Below are positions 7,436 through 16,848 of a stretch of DNA of 29,924 nt, piece after piece; positions within the stretch are counted from its first letter, which is position 1; each line of letters opens with the position of its first letter. A model generated the notes under the pieces. It was not told where the DNA came from. It saw nothing but the letters and a program-made list of their open reading frames with translations, and made no database searches. The stretch comes from an uncultured Thiotrichales bacterium (lineage in GTDB: Bacteria > Pseudomonadota > Gammaproteobacteria > CAIRSR01), in the NCBI GenBank assembly GCA_963923745.1, contig CAWUNB010000001.1:1-29924 (forward strand), given 5' to 3'. The position numbers and the translations under genes were made by a program.

Positions 7436-8311
7436 TTAGGGGGAAACCCCTGTGGCGTAAGCCATTTGATCCCGTCCCGGCATGAGCCGGGCGTTGACAT
7501 AACGGCCTAAACCGTGGTCTTGGATAATACTCCGCACTTGCTTTACGTAGGCTTTGCCCCGCTGAGAATATTTCACCAATCCTTCTGCTACAACGGTTCC
7601 CTGAATAGGCTTACGCTCGGTGCGAAGCTTGGCGCGAATGGTACGTAGAGGAGAATAAGCAACGTGACTATTGAGGTTATGGATGTAAGTCCGCACCGAT
7701 TCCCGTAGATTATCAAACCGGGGCGCATGAATTCGCTTGCCGCTGGCAGTTTTGATAGTCCGAGTGGGTATGGCTGTCATCCCAAACAAATCTCTGTCCC
7801 GGTGGGCCGCTCGGGATACCCCCCAACCAGTTTCAGTTGCCGCTTGGGCAATGGCCAGATCTGCTGGAACGATGTCAACCCGAGCCCGTAATTCCTTGCG
7901 GGCTGAAGTTTCCCGTAGGGGATCGCCATCTACTCGATACTCAGCGGCTAAGGATCGCAACCAGTCTCGCTCATTTCCGTCCAGCGCAGAGCCTAGCTCC
8001 AATCGACTGAAAAGTTGCTCCATCTTTTTACGTTTGCCTTCGATGCGCTCGTTTTCCAATAACACTAGGGGTAAAACGGTGTCTACAAAGGCCCGTTGTG
8101 TGTTTTCCGGTCCCCGATCTTTCATGTGAGCCGGTACAGTTGTGGCTTCTTTGCGAGGCACTTCAATGGACGATGAATCAGACGCATTGCTGGTAACTTT
8201 GCCAGGGGGCTCTGCGTCGGAGGGGGCGGCAGCAGAATCCAGGGGATGCAGGGCCATGGGCAGCCAAACTAACGCCGCTCTCCAAGGTTTTGCGTCCAGG
8301 TAAGGGTTCAT
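7436..8311 (-). CDS. Bax-like glucosaminidase-domain protein (GH73-related)
   Basis: FVDTVLPLVLLENERI..R, RVDIVPADLAIAQAATETGWGVSR, NLFG-like DLFG, SVRTYIHNLNSHVAY..LR..R, YSQRGKAYV. Confidence 0.8.
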   Translation of the reverse strand: MNPYLDAKPWRAALVWLPMALHPLDSAAAPSDAEPPGKVTSNASDSSSIEVPRKEATTVPAHMKDRGPENTQRAFVDTVLPLVLLENERIEGKRKKMEQLFSRLELGSALDGNERDWLRSLAAEYRVDGDPLRETSARKELRARVDIVPADLAIAQAATETGWGVSRAAHRDRDLFGMTAIPTRTIKTASGKRIHAPRFDNLRESVRTYIHNLNSHVAYSPLRTIRAKLRTERKPIQGTVVAEGLVKYSQRGKAYVKQVRSIIQDHGLGRYVNARLMPGRDQMAYATGVSP

Positions 8312-8535
8312 GTTCGTGACCTCTCAAGTAGTGGTACTCAACGCTCTTAGGGGTGGTTCCAGGCAAACTGCCCATAAGTGATGACTAATAGTCTAGTGCA
8401 TCATGGTACCTTTTGGCAACAACTTGTTGCTGATCGACAACAACATTATTACGAATTGTACATAATCTCCAAACTAACCTTTGCCAGGGCTACCCTGGTG
8501 GGTCGGGGTAACTGCAACTCTGTTGGAATTCAGCG

Positions 8536-10578
8536 ATGGTGAATGAGTGGCTACAGAACGCGCCTATCCGGCGCCAGTTAGTGACGTTGATGATGGCCAG
8601 CAGCCTAGTGGTGCTGGTGCTAGCGGGTTTGAGTTTTTCGGTATACGAGGCTTTTTCCTTTGTAGGCGCATTACGGGAAGGAATGTCCTCTGTTGCTGAA
8701 ATTACCGGTCGTAATAGCGCCGCTGCCCTGGTTTTCGGTGATCAGCGAGCAGCTCAAAATAATCTGGAAGCCCTAGGAGCTATCCCGCAAATTCATACTG
8801 CTATTTTGTTTTCCCAAGACGATCAAATTTTTGCTTGTTATCAACCTCCCAGTCTCCCCCCAGAAGAAAAAAATAATTCCTTGATTGCTATTCCTATGGG
8901 AAACCAAGAATATTATATTTCGCAGCGCTATATTCATATCTTCAAGCCTATTTTTTTAAATGGAGAAAGAATTGGCACTGTTTACCTACAAACTGATTTA
9001 ACGGGACTTTATGTTAATTTAATGGGTTATGTCGGAATTGGGTTACTATTTACTATGGTGTTTGCTATTGCAGCTTATGTGCTCTCTTCTCGCCTACAAA
9101 GAGTAATATCTGATCCTATTTTACATCTAGTTGCAGCAACTCGAGCAGTAACAATTAATCGAGACTATTCGTTACGTGTCACCCCTATGGGAGATGGTGA
9201 ATTAAGTCAATTAATGGGTGGATTCAATGATATGTTGGCTCAGATTCAAGCTAGAGATCAGCGACTAGAACAAGCTCGAGAACATTTAGAAGAAGAAGTT
9301 CGTATCCGTACCGCTGAATTATCTCGATCTAACAACAATCTCACTCAAGCTGTGCAAGCCCTACAACAAGCTAAAGAGATTGCTGACGCGGCCAACCAAG
9401 CTAAGTCTCGTTTTCTAGCCAATATGAGCCATGAAATTCGCACCCCTATGAATGGGGTATTGGGAATGATAGAGTTACTCTTAGGGACTACCTTAAATAC
9501 TACACAACTGCATTATACGCAAACCGCTCAAAGATCAGCACAATCTTTACTTGTTATTATTAGTGACATTTTAGATTTATCTAAAATTGAAGCGGGTCAA
9601 CTTACCTTAGAAAATATTGAATTTTCTCCAAAAATTTTGGGAAATGAAGTGCTAGAGATGTTTCTTGGACAAGTCCATAATAAAGGACTAACTGCCAATT
9701 ATTGCCTAGGAAAAGGTATTCCAGACAGTGTGAAAGGAGATCCTTTCCGCTTACGGCAAGTACTTACTAATCTGCTTAGTAACGCCATAAAATTTACCGA
9801 AAAAGGAAGTGTAATACTGTCTATTGACCGATTAGCCGATGACGGACAGCGAGTTATATTGCGCTTCACTGTACAAGACACCGGAATTGGGTTGGGTAAA
9901 GATGTTTTGGGGCGTATTTTTAATCCATTTACTCAAGCAGACGATTCCACTACTCGCCGTTATGGAGGTACAGGATTAGGATTAACAATTACTCAGCAAT
10001 TAGTAGAAATGATGGGAGGTTCTATTGATGTCCAGAGTAAACCTGGAGGTGGAGCAACTTTCCAGATTACTATTCACTTTGAGCAAGGTAACACAGCTTC
10101 GTCTCCCCTTCATTTAGAAATTAACCAACAGGATAAAATAGCACTCTATTTTCCAGATAAACAAGTTTTATTAGTAGAAGATAATCCTGTTAATGAAGAA
10201 GTAACTGTGGCTATGTTGGAGGAATTTGGTTGTACCGTGGTAGTAGCTCGGAATGGTCGAGTTGCGTTAGAGAAGGCTAAACAACGTCCATGGGATTTAA
10301 TTTTAATGGACTGTCAAATGCCTGAAATGGATGGTTTTACTGCAACTACCTTAATTCGTCAGTGGGAAGAAGCGCACTGTTCAGGAAACAAGCGTTTACC
10401 CGTAGTTGCCCTAACGGCTCATATCCTCGCTAGTGACCAAGAGCATTGCCTTCAAGCTGGCATGGACGATTTTCTCAGTAAACCGTTCACTCAAACTCAG
10501 ATAGGGATTTTATTAGCTCGTTGGTTTAATTCTCCAGTAACAGATTCACCGCCTTCCTTTACCCAGCGAGACGAATAG
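8536..10578 (+). CDS. Membrane-bound hybrid sensor histidine kinase (periplasmic sensor-HAMP-HisKA-HATPase-REC)
   Basis: Two TMs around a CHASE-like domain, HAMP, H-box [16 protein letters not shown]-box [11 protein letters not shown] boxes DTGIG and GGTGLGL, receiver LLVEDN...[11 protein letters not shown]...KP. Confidence 0.95.
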   Translation: MVNEWLQNAPIRRQLVTLMMASSLVVLVLAGLSFSVYEAFSFVGALREGMSSVAEITGRNSAAALVFGDQRAAQNNLEALGAIPQIHTAILFSQDDQIFACYQPPSLPPEEKNNSLIAIPMGNQEYYISQRYIHIFKPIFLNGERIGTVYLQTDLTGLYVNLMGYVGIGLLFTMVFAIAAYVLSSRLQRVISDPILHLVAATRAVTINRDYSLRVTPMGDGELSQLMGGFNDMLAQIQARDQRLEQAREHLEEEVRIRTAELSRSNNNLTQAVQALQQAKEIADAANQAKSRFLANMSHEIRTPMNGVLGMIELLLGTTLNTTQLHYTQTAQRSAQSLLVIISDILDLSKIEAGQLTLENIEFSPKILGNEVLEMFLGQVHNKGLTANYCLGKGIPDSVKGDPFRLRQVLTNLLSNAIKFTEKGSVILSIDRLADDGQRVILRFTVQDTGIGLGKDVLGRIFNPFTQADDSTTRRYGGTGLGLTITQQLVEMMGGSIDVQSKPGGGATFQITIHFEQGNTASSPLHLEINQQDKIALYFPDKQVLLVEDNPVNEEVTVAMLEEFGCTVVVARNGRVALEKAKQRPWDLILMDCQMPEMDGFTATTLIRQWEEAHCSGNKRLPVVALTAHILASDQEHCLQAGMDDFLSKPFTQTQIGILLARWFNSPVTDSPPSFTQRDE

Positions 10579-10751
10579 CCCACAGCCTGCGATCAGCCAG
10601 TACTAATTTTGGTGTTACCCAAGTGACTCTGTACTGCCGACAGCTGGAACAATTAGCTCAAGAAGGCAATTTAGCGGCCAGCCAAGAAGTGGTAACGGCT
10701 ATTAGAGAGGCCTATGAGCAAGCCTATCCCATTTCTTGGAGAATGGTGTGA
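10569..10751 (+). pseudogene. Out-of-frame C-terminal half of an HPt domain
   Basis: The -1 frame relative to the kinase reads [60 protein letters not shown], matching the HPt signature AHxLKSASxNxGA...CxxLE. It ends at TGA 10749-10751, overlapping the scpB ATG. There is no start codon of its own and an in-frame stop lies upstream at 10527. Confidence 0.75.
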
Positions 10752-11419
10752 TGGTTAACAATATCGAAATTCAGAATCCGATACATGCCATCGTGGAAGG
10801 TGCCTTGCTAGCAGCAGGTCAGCCTCTCCCCTTGGATCGAATCGAGGGCCTTTTCAGTGACGATGATCGACCCTCTCGGGCAGTTTTGCGGGAGGTTCTA
10901 GCCGATTTGTCAGTTGCCTGTGCAGGACGAGGGGTAGAACTAGTGGAGGTGGCGAGTGGTTGGCGTTATCAGGTACGCCGAGAACTAGCGCCTTGGATTG
11001 GACGACTGTGGGAAGAACGCCCTGTCCGTTATTCCCGTGCCCTGTTGGAAACCCTAGCGTTAGTAGCTTATCGCCAGCCGGTAACTCGAGCAGAAATCGA
11101 AGATGTTCGAGGGGTTACCGTGGCGAGTTCTATCTTGAAGACCCTGCAAGAAAGAGAGTGGATACGGGTGGTAGGCCACCGGGAAGTGCCTGGTCGCCCC
11201 GCGCTGTATGCCACAACGAAACGATTCCTTGACTACTTTGGTCTGAAAAGCCTAGATAATCTACCTCCCCTAATGGCCCTACGGGATCTGGCAGCCGTGA
11301 GTGCAGATCTAGAGCAGAAGATTAACTCTGATCTGACTAATTCTTTAAATAATCCAATAGTTTCTTCCCATTCACCGAATCAGGATCCAGCCGCAGAGCT
11401 TCTTGAACCATCAGCATAG
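10751..11419 (+). CDS. scpB: SMC-Scp complex subunit ScpB
   Basis: IVEGALLAAGQPL, GVELVEVASGWRYQ, YSRALLETLALVAYRQPVTRAEIEDVRGV, VPGRPALYATT..FLDYFGL. ATG 10751 is preferred over TTG 10736. Confidence 0.95.
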   Translation: MVNNIEIQNPIHAIVEGALLAAGQPLPLDRIEGLFSDDDRPSRAVLREVLADLSVACAGRGVELVEVASGWRYQVRRELAPWIGRLWEERPVRYSRALLETLALVAYRQPVTRAEIEDVRGVTVASSILKTLQEREWIRVVGHREVPGRPALYATTKRFLDYFGLKSLDNLPPLMALRDLAAVSADLEQKINSDLTNSLNNPIVSSHSPNQDPAAELLEPSA

Positions 11420-11729
11420 CTCGCTCATGATGGTCGTCGTGGAGATAGGCCAAAGCAATAGCAATGAATAGCGCTGGGTTGTTGGGATCTCGCATGATCG
11501 CTTGTTGATAATTCTCTACCGCTTCGCCATTACGCCCCTGACTTAGTAGAAATGCTGCCAACTGGGCATAGGGTAGAGCGGCCTGAGGATTATCCTGAAT
11601 TCCTGCCCGAAGCTGTTGTTCTATTGCTTGGGGTTGATTAGAAACGGGTTGATTAGAAACAGTTTCTTCAGCTCCTCCCCAAGAGGAAAAAGCCAAGAGA
11701 GATAAGCAGATTAGGATAGGTTTTAGCAT
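11337..11729 (-). CDS. Exported TPR-repeat protein
   Basis: Signal peptide followed by about three TPR units (YAQLAAFLLSQGRNGEAVENYQQAIMRDP; EALRLDP). Confidence 0.75.
   Translation of the reverse strand: MLKPILICLSLLAFSSWGGAEETVSNQPVSNQPQAIEQQLRAGIQDNPQAALPYAQLAAFLLSQGRNGEAVENYQQAIMRDPNNPALFIAIALAYLHDDHHERAMLMVQEALRLDPDSVNGKKLLDYLKN
11631..11660. repeat. Perfect 15 bp tandem duplication (VSNQP x2) in the TPR gene linker
   Basis: GGGTTGATTAGAAAC at 11631-11645 and 11646-11660. Confidence 0.9.
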
Positions 11730-11746
11730 GATGGGACATCACTCAC

Positions 11747-11775
11747 AAAAAAAGTCCCCCTCTTGGGAGGGGGAC
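11747..11775 (-). terminator. Rho-independent terminator after the octaheme cytochrome gene
   Basis: 9 bp GC-rich stem GTCCCCCTC/GAGGGGGAC with a 4 nt loop, followed on the minus strand by T7. Confidence 0.85.
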
Positions 11776-11801
11776 GGGTGGTTTAGGTGAATGTCTAAAG
11801 G

Positions 11802-13262
11802 TTACTTAGCGTAACGAGCTTTAAAGGCTTCAGCCGCTTTCTTGCGCTTTTCCTTCTCTGCAGGATCCAACTTGTCTAAATACCAGCGATGGTCTTTAGT
11901 GTTTAATACTTCGTTGATCTTGGCGCGTAGAGCAGCAGCAGCTTTGACCTTGTCCCCATTACCGGAATTCTCCCCTTCCTCTGCCAAATCCTCTAGCTCA
12001 GGAATTAACTTGGAGTAGAAATTCCGAGCCAGCTCGTAGGTACCATGCCAATGGGTATAATCCGGCCCCATCATAGAGGCAGCATGGCGGGCGCGACGTC
12101 CTTCGTGGTGCCATAATTCAAACCAAGTCCATTGAACCGGGTTACTAAATGCTGCCGGTTTCAAAAGAGGTTTAGCCACAGCCATTAATTCTTGGCCCGG
12201 TTTGGCGTACTTGTCGTTATACAAGCTCACCAATGAATCGTATTGGGTATAGAAAGCGTCCACATAACCCTCGTCGTGGCAAGCCATACATACATCTTTC
12301 ATATTTTGGCGACGAGTTTTCCAATCCACATTGGCACCGGCCAACCCCATCTTGGCATCTGAAGTTTCGGGGCGAACTGAAACTTCTGGCCGATTATTCC
12401 AGGAGATACGCATACCCACATCGTGGGTCACGGGTTGTTTGCGGGTAGCACTCATGTGGCAAGTAGAGCAGGTGGGCGCGGCATTATAATCCACCCCAAC
12501 AATCCACTTTCCACTACCTAAATTCATCTTGTCCTTATTGGCGTGGAAGGCGATACCGTGCTTAGATTCCTCATAGATTTCTTTTTGGGGATGATCGGGA
12601 CCTAAGTGACATTTACCACAAGTTTCTGGGTTACGGGCTTGTTCTACTGAGAACTTGTGACGGGAATGACAGGCAGAGCAAGCGCCCTCTGATCCATCGG
12701 TATTAATGCGGCCAATACCGGTATTAGGCCAAGTAGCCGGATCTAATTGACCGTCTTTCAGCACCTTCACTTCTGAACCATGGCATTGCCAACAGCCGTT
12801 TACCGAAGCAGCAGAATTTCCTTCAGGGAACCCAGGAGTGATCATGGCGTTGTTGCCTTCCACCACATCAGCTAACAGGTTATCTAAGGAGCCCAAAATG
12901 CGACCGGCCTTAGCGTGGTGAGATTCTGTCATCTCCTTGACTTCTTTTTCATGGCAATTAGCGCAATCCTTGGGACTGACGATAATGGAAATAGGTTTCT
13001 TAACCTTTTTATCGTCATGGATATAAGCGTCCGGATCCTTGGCATCGGCGGCATGGCATTCATAGCAACCAACCTTAGCCCGATAATGCTTACTATCTCC
13101 CCACTGCTGGATGATGCCGGGGTTCTGTTTTTCGTGGCAAGCCACGCACTCCTTGGTTTCCTGAGAGAATTCTTTGGGTGGTTCCTTTACCGATGCCAGG
13201 GCCACGCCCTGGGCAATAAACAAGAACAGGCTGGCGCTGAGCACGCCCCACTTGGATCGCAT
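11802..13262 (-). CDS. Periplasmic octaheme cytochrome c, hydroxylamine oxidoreductase (HAO)-like family
   Basis: Sec signal peptide; eight CxxCH motifs (CVACH, CYECH, CANCH, CWQCH, CSACH, CGKCH, CSTCH, CMACH); WPNTGIGRIN, CHLGPDHPQKEIYEESKHG, ELWHHEGRRARHAASMMGPDYTHWHG. Confidence 0.9.
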   Translation of the reverse strand: MRSKWGVLSASLFLFIAQGVALASVKEPPKEFSQETKECVACHEKQNPGIIQQWGDSKHYRAKVGCYECHAADAKDPDAYIHDDKKVKKPISIIVSPKDCANCHEKEVKEMTESHHAKAGRILGSLDNLLADVVEGNNAMITPGFPEGNSAASVNGCWQCHGSEVKVLKDGQLDPATWPNTGIGRINTDGSEGACSACHSRHKFSVEQARNPETCGKCHLGPDHPQKEIYEESKHGIAFHANKDKMNLGSGKWIVGVDYNAAPTCSTCHMSATRKQPVTHDVGMRISWNNRPEVSVRPETSDAKMGLAGANVDWKTRRQNMKDVCMACHDEGYVDAFYTQYDSLVSLYNDKYAKPGQELMAVAKPLLKPAAFSNPVQWTWFELWHHEGRRARHAASMMGPDYTHWHGTYELARNFYSKLIPELEDLAEEGENSGNGDKVKAAAALRAKINEVLNTKDHRWYLDKLDPAEKEKRKKAAEAFKARYAK

Positions 13263-13384
13263 TGCAGTGTTCCCCTTTGGTTGGTTTATCGATCCCCGTA
13301 TGTGCCTACGGGTAAGGGTAAATTTTAGGACAAGAATCGAGGCAAAGACATTCGACAGTCTGGGAAGATGATCGGAACATCTCC

Positions 13385-13398
13385 TTGACCTAAGTTAA
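13385..13398. promoter_or_regulatory. Weak FNR/CRP-family-like box upstream of the octaheme cytochrome gene
   Basis: TTGAC-CTAA-GTTAA, one mismatch from TTGAC-N4-GTCAA, 123 bp upstream of the ATG; no convincing -10 at the expected distance. Confidence 0.25.
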
Positions 13399-13414
13399 GG
13401 CAATTTTGCGGAAG

Positions 13415-14362
13415 TTAGTAAAAGTAAACAGCAGCCAGGGTTTGAAGCAGTGGAGGGGGGACGATAGCTTTGGTAGCTAATCCCTGTAGGTCAAAACCGG
13501 CAATGCGGGGTTTGCAATAGACAGCACCAAATCCAGCGGTTTGATGGACTTGTCCAAGGGTAGTTAAGGTGAAGCCACAGTGATGAGCCATCGCCGGGTT
13601 ATGACGATCAACGGCTCCCCGATGACTGAATACCAGATCGAAGGGTGTTAATGGCCCAAATGGGGTACGACCGATTACTTCAAACATTTTGTCCTGCAAT
13701 ATCCATTGAGCCGCTACTTGTAAATCAGGTACCCAGGACAAGGTAAAACCGCTGGGTTTAAGAACGCGATAGATTTCCCCCAGGGCCTTAGGGACCTCCT
13801 GCCAATACAAATGCTCCAAGGTGTGAGAGGAAAACACAGCATCCACAGAGTGGGAAGGAATAGCAGCTAGATTGGTAAGGCTACCCCGGATATCAGGGTT
13901 AGCCCCTGGATCCACATCAACTCGTATTTCCCGCCATTGAGCCGGAGACAGGAAACCTGGTCCGGTGTCTTGTTGAGTTTTATCGCCACAACCAACATGA
14001 AGTAATAAACGTTGCTGCCAGCATTGGTTAACAGTCAAATCCTCAATTAGCGATTCTTGCTGATTGGCGAATTGATTTGTTAAGAAATTCCTTAATTCTA
14101 GTTCACTTGGAAAAGAGTTTGAAAAATGACCGGTATCAATTAATCGCTCCCAAAGAGCAAGGGCATTTTGTAAAAATCCACTGTTGGCCCAGCGGTTTTT
14201 GCTATAGGCCATTACTGCTGGATGATCGAAACGTAGCGCTTGTCCTAAGTGAAGGATACCATCGACTAGTTGCCCGCGTTGGCACAGAGCCAGGACCCCA
14301 TCCAGCCATAGATCTAATTGATCGCTGGTAATAGGTATACTATTTTGGGTGTTTGGCTCCAT
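13415..14362 (-). CDS. Class I SAM-dependent methyltransferase with an N-terminal helical extension
   Basis: LLHVGCG motif I, RVDVDP, SVDAVFSSHTLEHL, EIYRVLKPSG. Confidence 0.8.
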   Translation of the reverse strand: MEPNTQNSIPITSDQLDLWLDGVLALCQRGQLVDGILHLGQALRFDHPAVMAYSKNRWANSGFLQNALALWERLIDTGHFSNSFPSELELRNFLTNQFANQQESLIEDLTVNQCWQQRLLLHVGCGDKTQQDTGPGFLSPAQWREIRVDVDPGANPDIRGSLTNLAAIPSHSVDAVFSSHTLEHLYWQEVPKALGEIYRVLKPSGFTLSWVPDLQVAAQWILQDKMFEVIGRTPFGPLTPFDLVFSHRGAVDRHNPAMAHHCGFTLTTLGQVHQTAGFGAVYCKPRIAGFDLQGLATKAIVPPPLLQTLAAVYFY

Positions 14363-14376
14363 TTTTTTAAAAATTT

Positions 14377-14898
14377 TTATTCTTTATAACCAATCGCAAC
14401 AATGCCTATAATTCGCAATTCTTCAGGGATATTAAAAGTTTTCATTAGCTTCTTTTCTTTAACTTGTCCTATCCAACAGCTTCCTAAACCTAGTGCCGTT
14501 GCCATTAGCAACATATTCTGCCCTGCTAAAGTAGCATCTTGAGTTGCGTATAACCGGCCCCGTTTATATTTTTGCTTACTGCGAGCAGGGTTGGCACACA
14601 TTAAAACAAGTGCTGCTGCATTTCTAAAATAACTTTTTTGTTCCATGATTCGAGCAGAAAAAATATAACTCAACACCGAGTCTATTTCTTCTTGAGTCGT
14701 TAATACGATAAATTCGCGAGATTTTAAATTACCAGCAGAAGGCGCAGCATTGCCCGCCGCAAGAATTTTCTCTAATATATCAGCGGGGATAGTATCTTTT
14801 CTAAACCGTCGTACCGATCGACGGTTTAGAATATTATTGAAAACGATTGACGCAATATCATTAAATTGTTCATCATTGGTGATGGTTGTATCATTCAT
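14377..14898 (-). CDS. Nitroreductase family protein
   Basis: ILNRRSVRRF, AGNAAPSAGN, QDATLAGQNMLLMATALGLGSCWIG, IAIGY. Confidence 0.9.
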   Translation of the reverse strand: MNDTTITNDEQFNDIASIVFNNILNRRSVRRFRKDTIPADILEKILAAGNAAPSAGNLKSREFIVLTTQEEIDSVLSYIFSARIMEQKSYFRNAAALVLMCANPARSKQKYKRGRLYATQDATLAGQNMLLMATALGLGSCWIGQVKEKKLMKTFNIPEELRIIGIVAIGYKE

Positions 14899-14930
14899 CG
14901 ATCATGTCCAGGGAGAGGATGGAGTGGGTT

Positions 14931-14948
14931 TGACCACCGTGATGGTCA
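14931..14948. promoter_or_regulatory. Dyad TGACCA-N6-TGGTCA in a divergent promoter region
   Basis: Perfect 6 bp inverted repeat between the nitroreductase and ccoS starts; factor unknown. Confidence 0.3.
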
Positions 14949-14981
14949 TAAATTCCTTATTGATGACAATTGTGGAACGCT

Positions 14982-15206
14982 ATGGAAATTCTTTATGTTC
15001 TTATCCCCATGAGTGCCGGCATATTAGCCTTCGCTGTATGGGTTTTTTTGTGGGCTGTGCGCAGCGGCCAATTTGACGACTTGGAAGGTCCGGCCCATCG
15101 TATCCTGATGGACGACGATGAACCACTGCCTCCTCCGGGGAAGATGCCGTTAATTGCAGAAAAAAAACAAGGGATGCCGACCCCCTCCCCTACGACTAAA
15201 CAGTGA
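14982..15206 (+). CDS. ccoS: cbb3-type cytochrome oxidase maturation protein CcoS
   Basis: [11 protein letters not shown]...[25 protein letters not shown] signature; ATG 14982 preferred. Confidence 0.93.
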   Translation: MEILYVLIPMSAGILAFAVWVFLWAVRSGQFDDLEGPAHRILMDDDEPLPPPGKMPLIAEKKQGMPTPSPTTKQ

Positions 15207-16821
15207 AGTGGCTAACCAATCCCTGTAGGCGAACGGCTAGGTTGGCCAATCCTGTCCCTGCGGCTGCTCCCTGTTCTGCAGCACGGGCAGTATCTTCCGC
15301 TACCCGGTTAATATCCGCGATGTTACGGTTGATTTCATCAGCAACCTGACTCTGCTCTTCCGCCGCACTGGCGATGTGAGTACTCATGTCACTGATGGTG
15401 GCTACCGCTTGGGCAATGGTCTGGAGGGAAGTGCCGGCCAATCCTGCTTGATGAACGCTCTCCCGGGCTTGTTGACGTCCTCGGTCAATGGCAGTTACTG
15501 CGGCGATGGTTCCTGTTTGTAGGGTAGCAATGATTTCCTGGATGCGCTGAGTAGAAACGTGGGTACGCTGGGCCAGGGAGCGCACCTCATCGGCCACTAC
15601 CGCAAAACCTCGTCCCTGTTCACCGGCTCGAGCAGCCTCGATGGCGGCATTAAGGGCCAGTAGGTTGGTTTGGCCAGCAATACTGCGGATGGTTTCCACT
15701 ACACTGCCGATTTCATCGCTATGGGCAGCCAACTGCTGAATAACATCAGCAGCTTCTTCTACTCCCTTCACAACCTGCTGGATAATGGTAATGGTCTCGG
15801 CAACAACCACTCGCCCCCGAGCCGCTTCGGTGTCCGTTTGTTGGGCAGCTTGGGCCGCTCGCATAGTACTTATGGCTACTTCTTGGACTGTAGCAGCCAT
15901 TTCCGTCATGGCGGTAGCAACTGAAGTAATCTCTTGCTGCTGATGCTGCATCCGTTGGCTGGTTTGTTGAGTTACCTTCGCCAACTCGTCTGCTGCTCCG
16001 GAAAGCTCGATGGATGATTGGGCCACTTGCCCCAAAGTTCGCTGAAAATTATCCAGTAATCCATTGGTAGCTCGACCCAATTCGGCCAATTCATCCTTAC
16101 CAGAGAGATTGGTCCTAATGGTTAGATTGTGTTGCTCCTGCACACCGACAGCAGCATCCCGCAACTGCCCCAATCGATTGGCAATGTGACGACTGATCAG
16201 GCCCGCGACGGCCAGTAGAACTGCTGATAAGACCAGGGTCATGACGGCGATTTGAGTTAAACGACGCTGAAAGGCATCTTCTAAATCGTCGTAGTACAAT
16301 CCAGAACCGACAATCCATTTCCAGGCAGGAAACCCTTTAACAAAAGACACTTTAGGCTCTGGTGTATTACTCCCCGGTTTGGGCCAGTAATAATCCACGA
16401 AACCTTCTCCCCTCTGGGCGGCGGTGCGAACAAATTCATCAAACGGTAATTTCCCACGCCCATCCCTTATTCCCAACTGAGCCTTTCCCTCAACATTGGG
16501 ATTAACGGGATGCATGACGCCGACTCCCTGATCATCCACGATCCATAGATACTCTTCTCCGGCGTAGCGCATAGCCCGAATAGTTTCCTTGGCGGCGTGC
16601 TGGGCTTGGGGGAGGGTCAGCGTGCCAGCATTAGCCAATTCCTGGTAATGGCCCACGACTCCAAGACTGACTTCAACGATACTTTTAACCTGTTCCCGAC
16701 GCTCTCCCAGTAGGGTGTCACGAAGACTAAAAGCCGTGGAAAGGCCAATGAGCAGGGTACCAATAACAGCCAATCCAATGATTAGCCAAAGCTTGGTAGT
16801 AGTACGAAGGTTGTTGAGCAT
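15196..16821 (-). CDS. Methyl-accepting chemotaxis protein (single Cache-2 sensor, HAMP, MA domain)
   Basis: TM-Cache ([35 protein letters not shown])-TM-HAMP, plus [34 protein letters not shown]. Confidence 0.95.
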   Translation of the reverse strand: MLNNLRTTTKLWLIIGLAVIGTLLIGLSTAFSLRDTLLGERREQVKSIVEVSLGVVGHYQELANAGTLTLPQAQHAAKETIRAMRYAGEEYLWIVDDQGVGVMHPVNPNVEGKAQLGIRDGRGKLPFDEFVRTAAQRGEGFVDYYWPKPGSNTPEPKVSFVKGFPAWKWIVGSGLYYDDLEDAFQRRLTQIAVMTLVLSAVLLAVAGLISRHIANRLGQLRDAAVGVQEQHNLTIRTNLSGKDELAELGRATNGLLDNFQRTLGQVAQSSIELSGAADELAKVTQQTSQRMQHQQQEITSVATAMTEMAATVQEVAISTMRAAQAAQQTDTEAARGRVVVAETITIIQQVVKGVEEAADVIQQLAAHSDEIGSVVETIRSIAGQTNLLALNAAIEAARAGEQGRGFAVVADEVRSLAQRTHVSTQRIQEIIATLQTGTIAAVTAIDRGRQQARESVHQAGLAGTSLQTIAQAVATISDMSTHIASAAEEQSQVADEINRNIADINRVAEDTARAAEQGAAAGTGLANLAVRLQGLVSHFTV

Positions 16822-16848
16822 GGGAGCGGGTCAGGAAAAGCTAGGTGC

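Noticed and set aside
8381-8542. 53-codon ORF (MTNSLVHHG...) whose stop overlaps the kinase start, plus dyads at 8416-8430 and 8484-8498
   Set aside because: No SD and no recognisable motif, and short dyads of this size arise by chance. A small gene cannot be excluded but is unsupported.
10551-10580. Programmed -1 frameshift joining the kinase to the HPt frame
   Set aside because: No X-XXY-YYZ slippery site, and the product would lack the N-terminal HPt helices; a deletion explains the pattern better.
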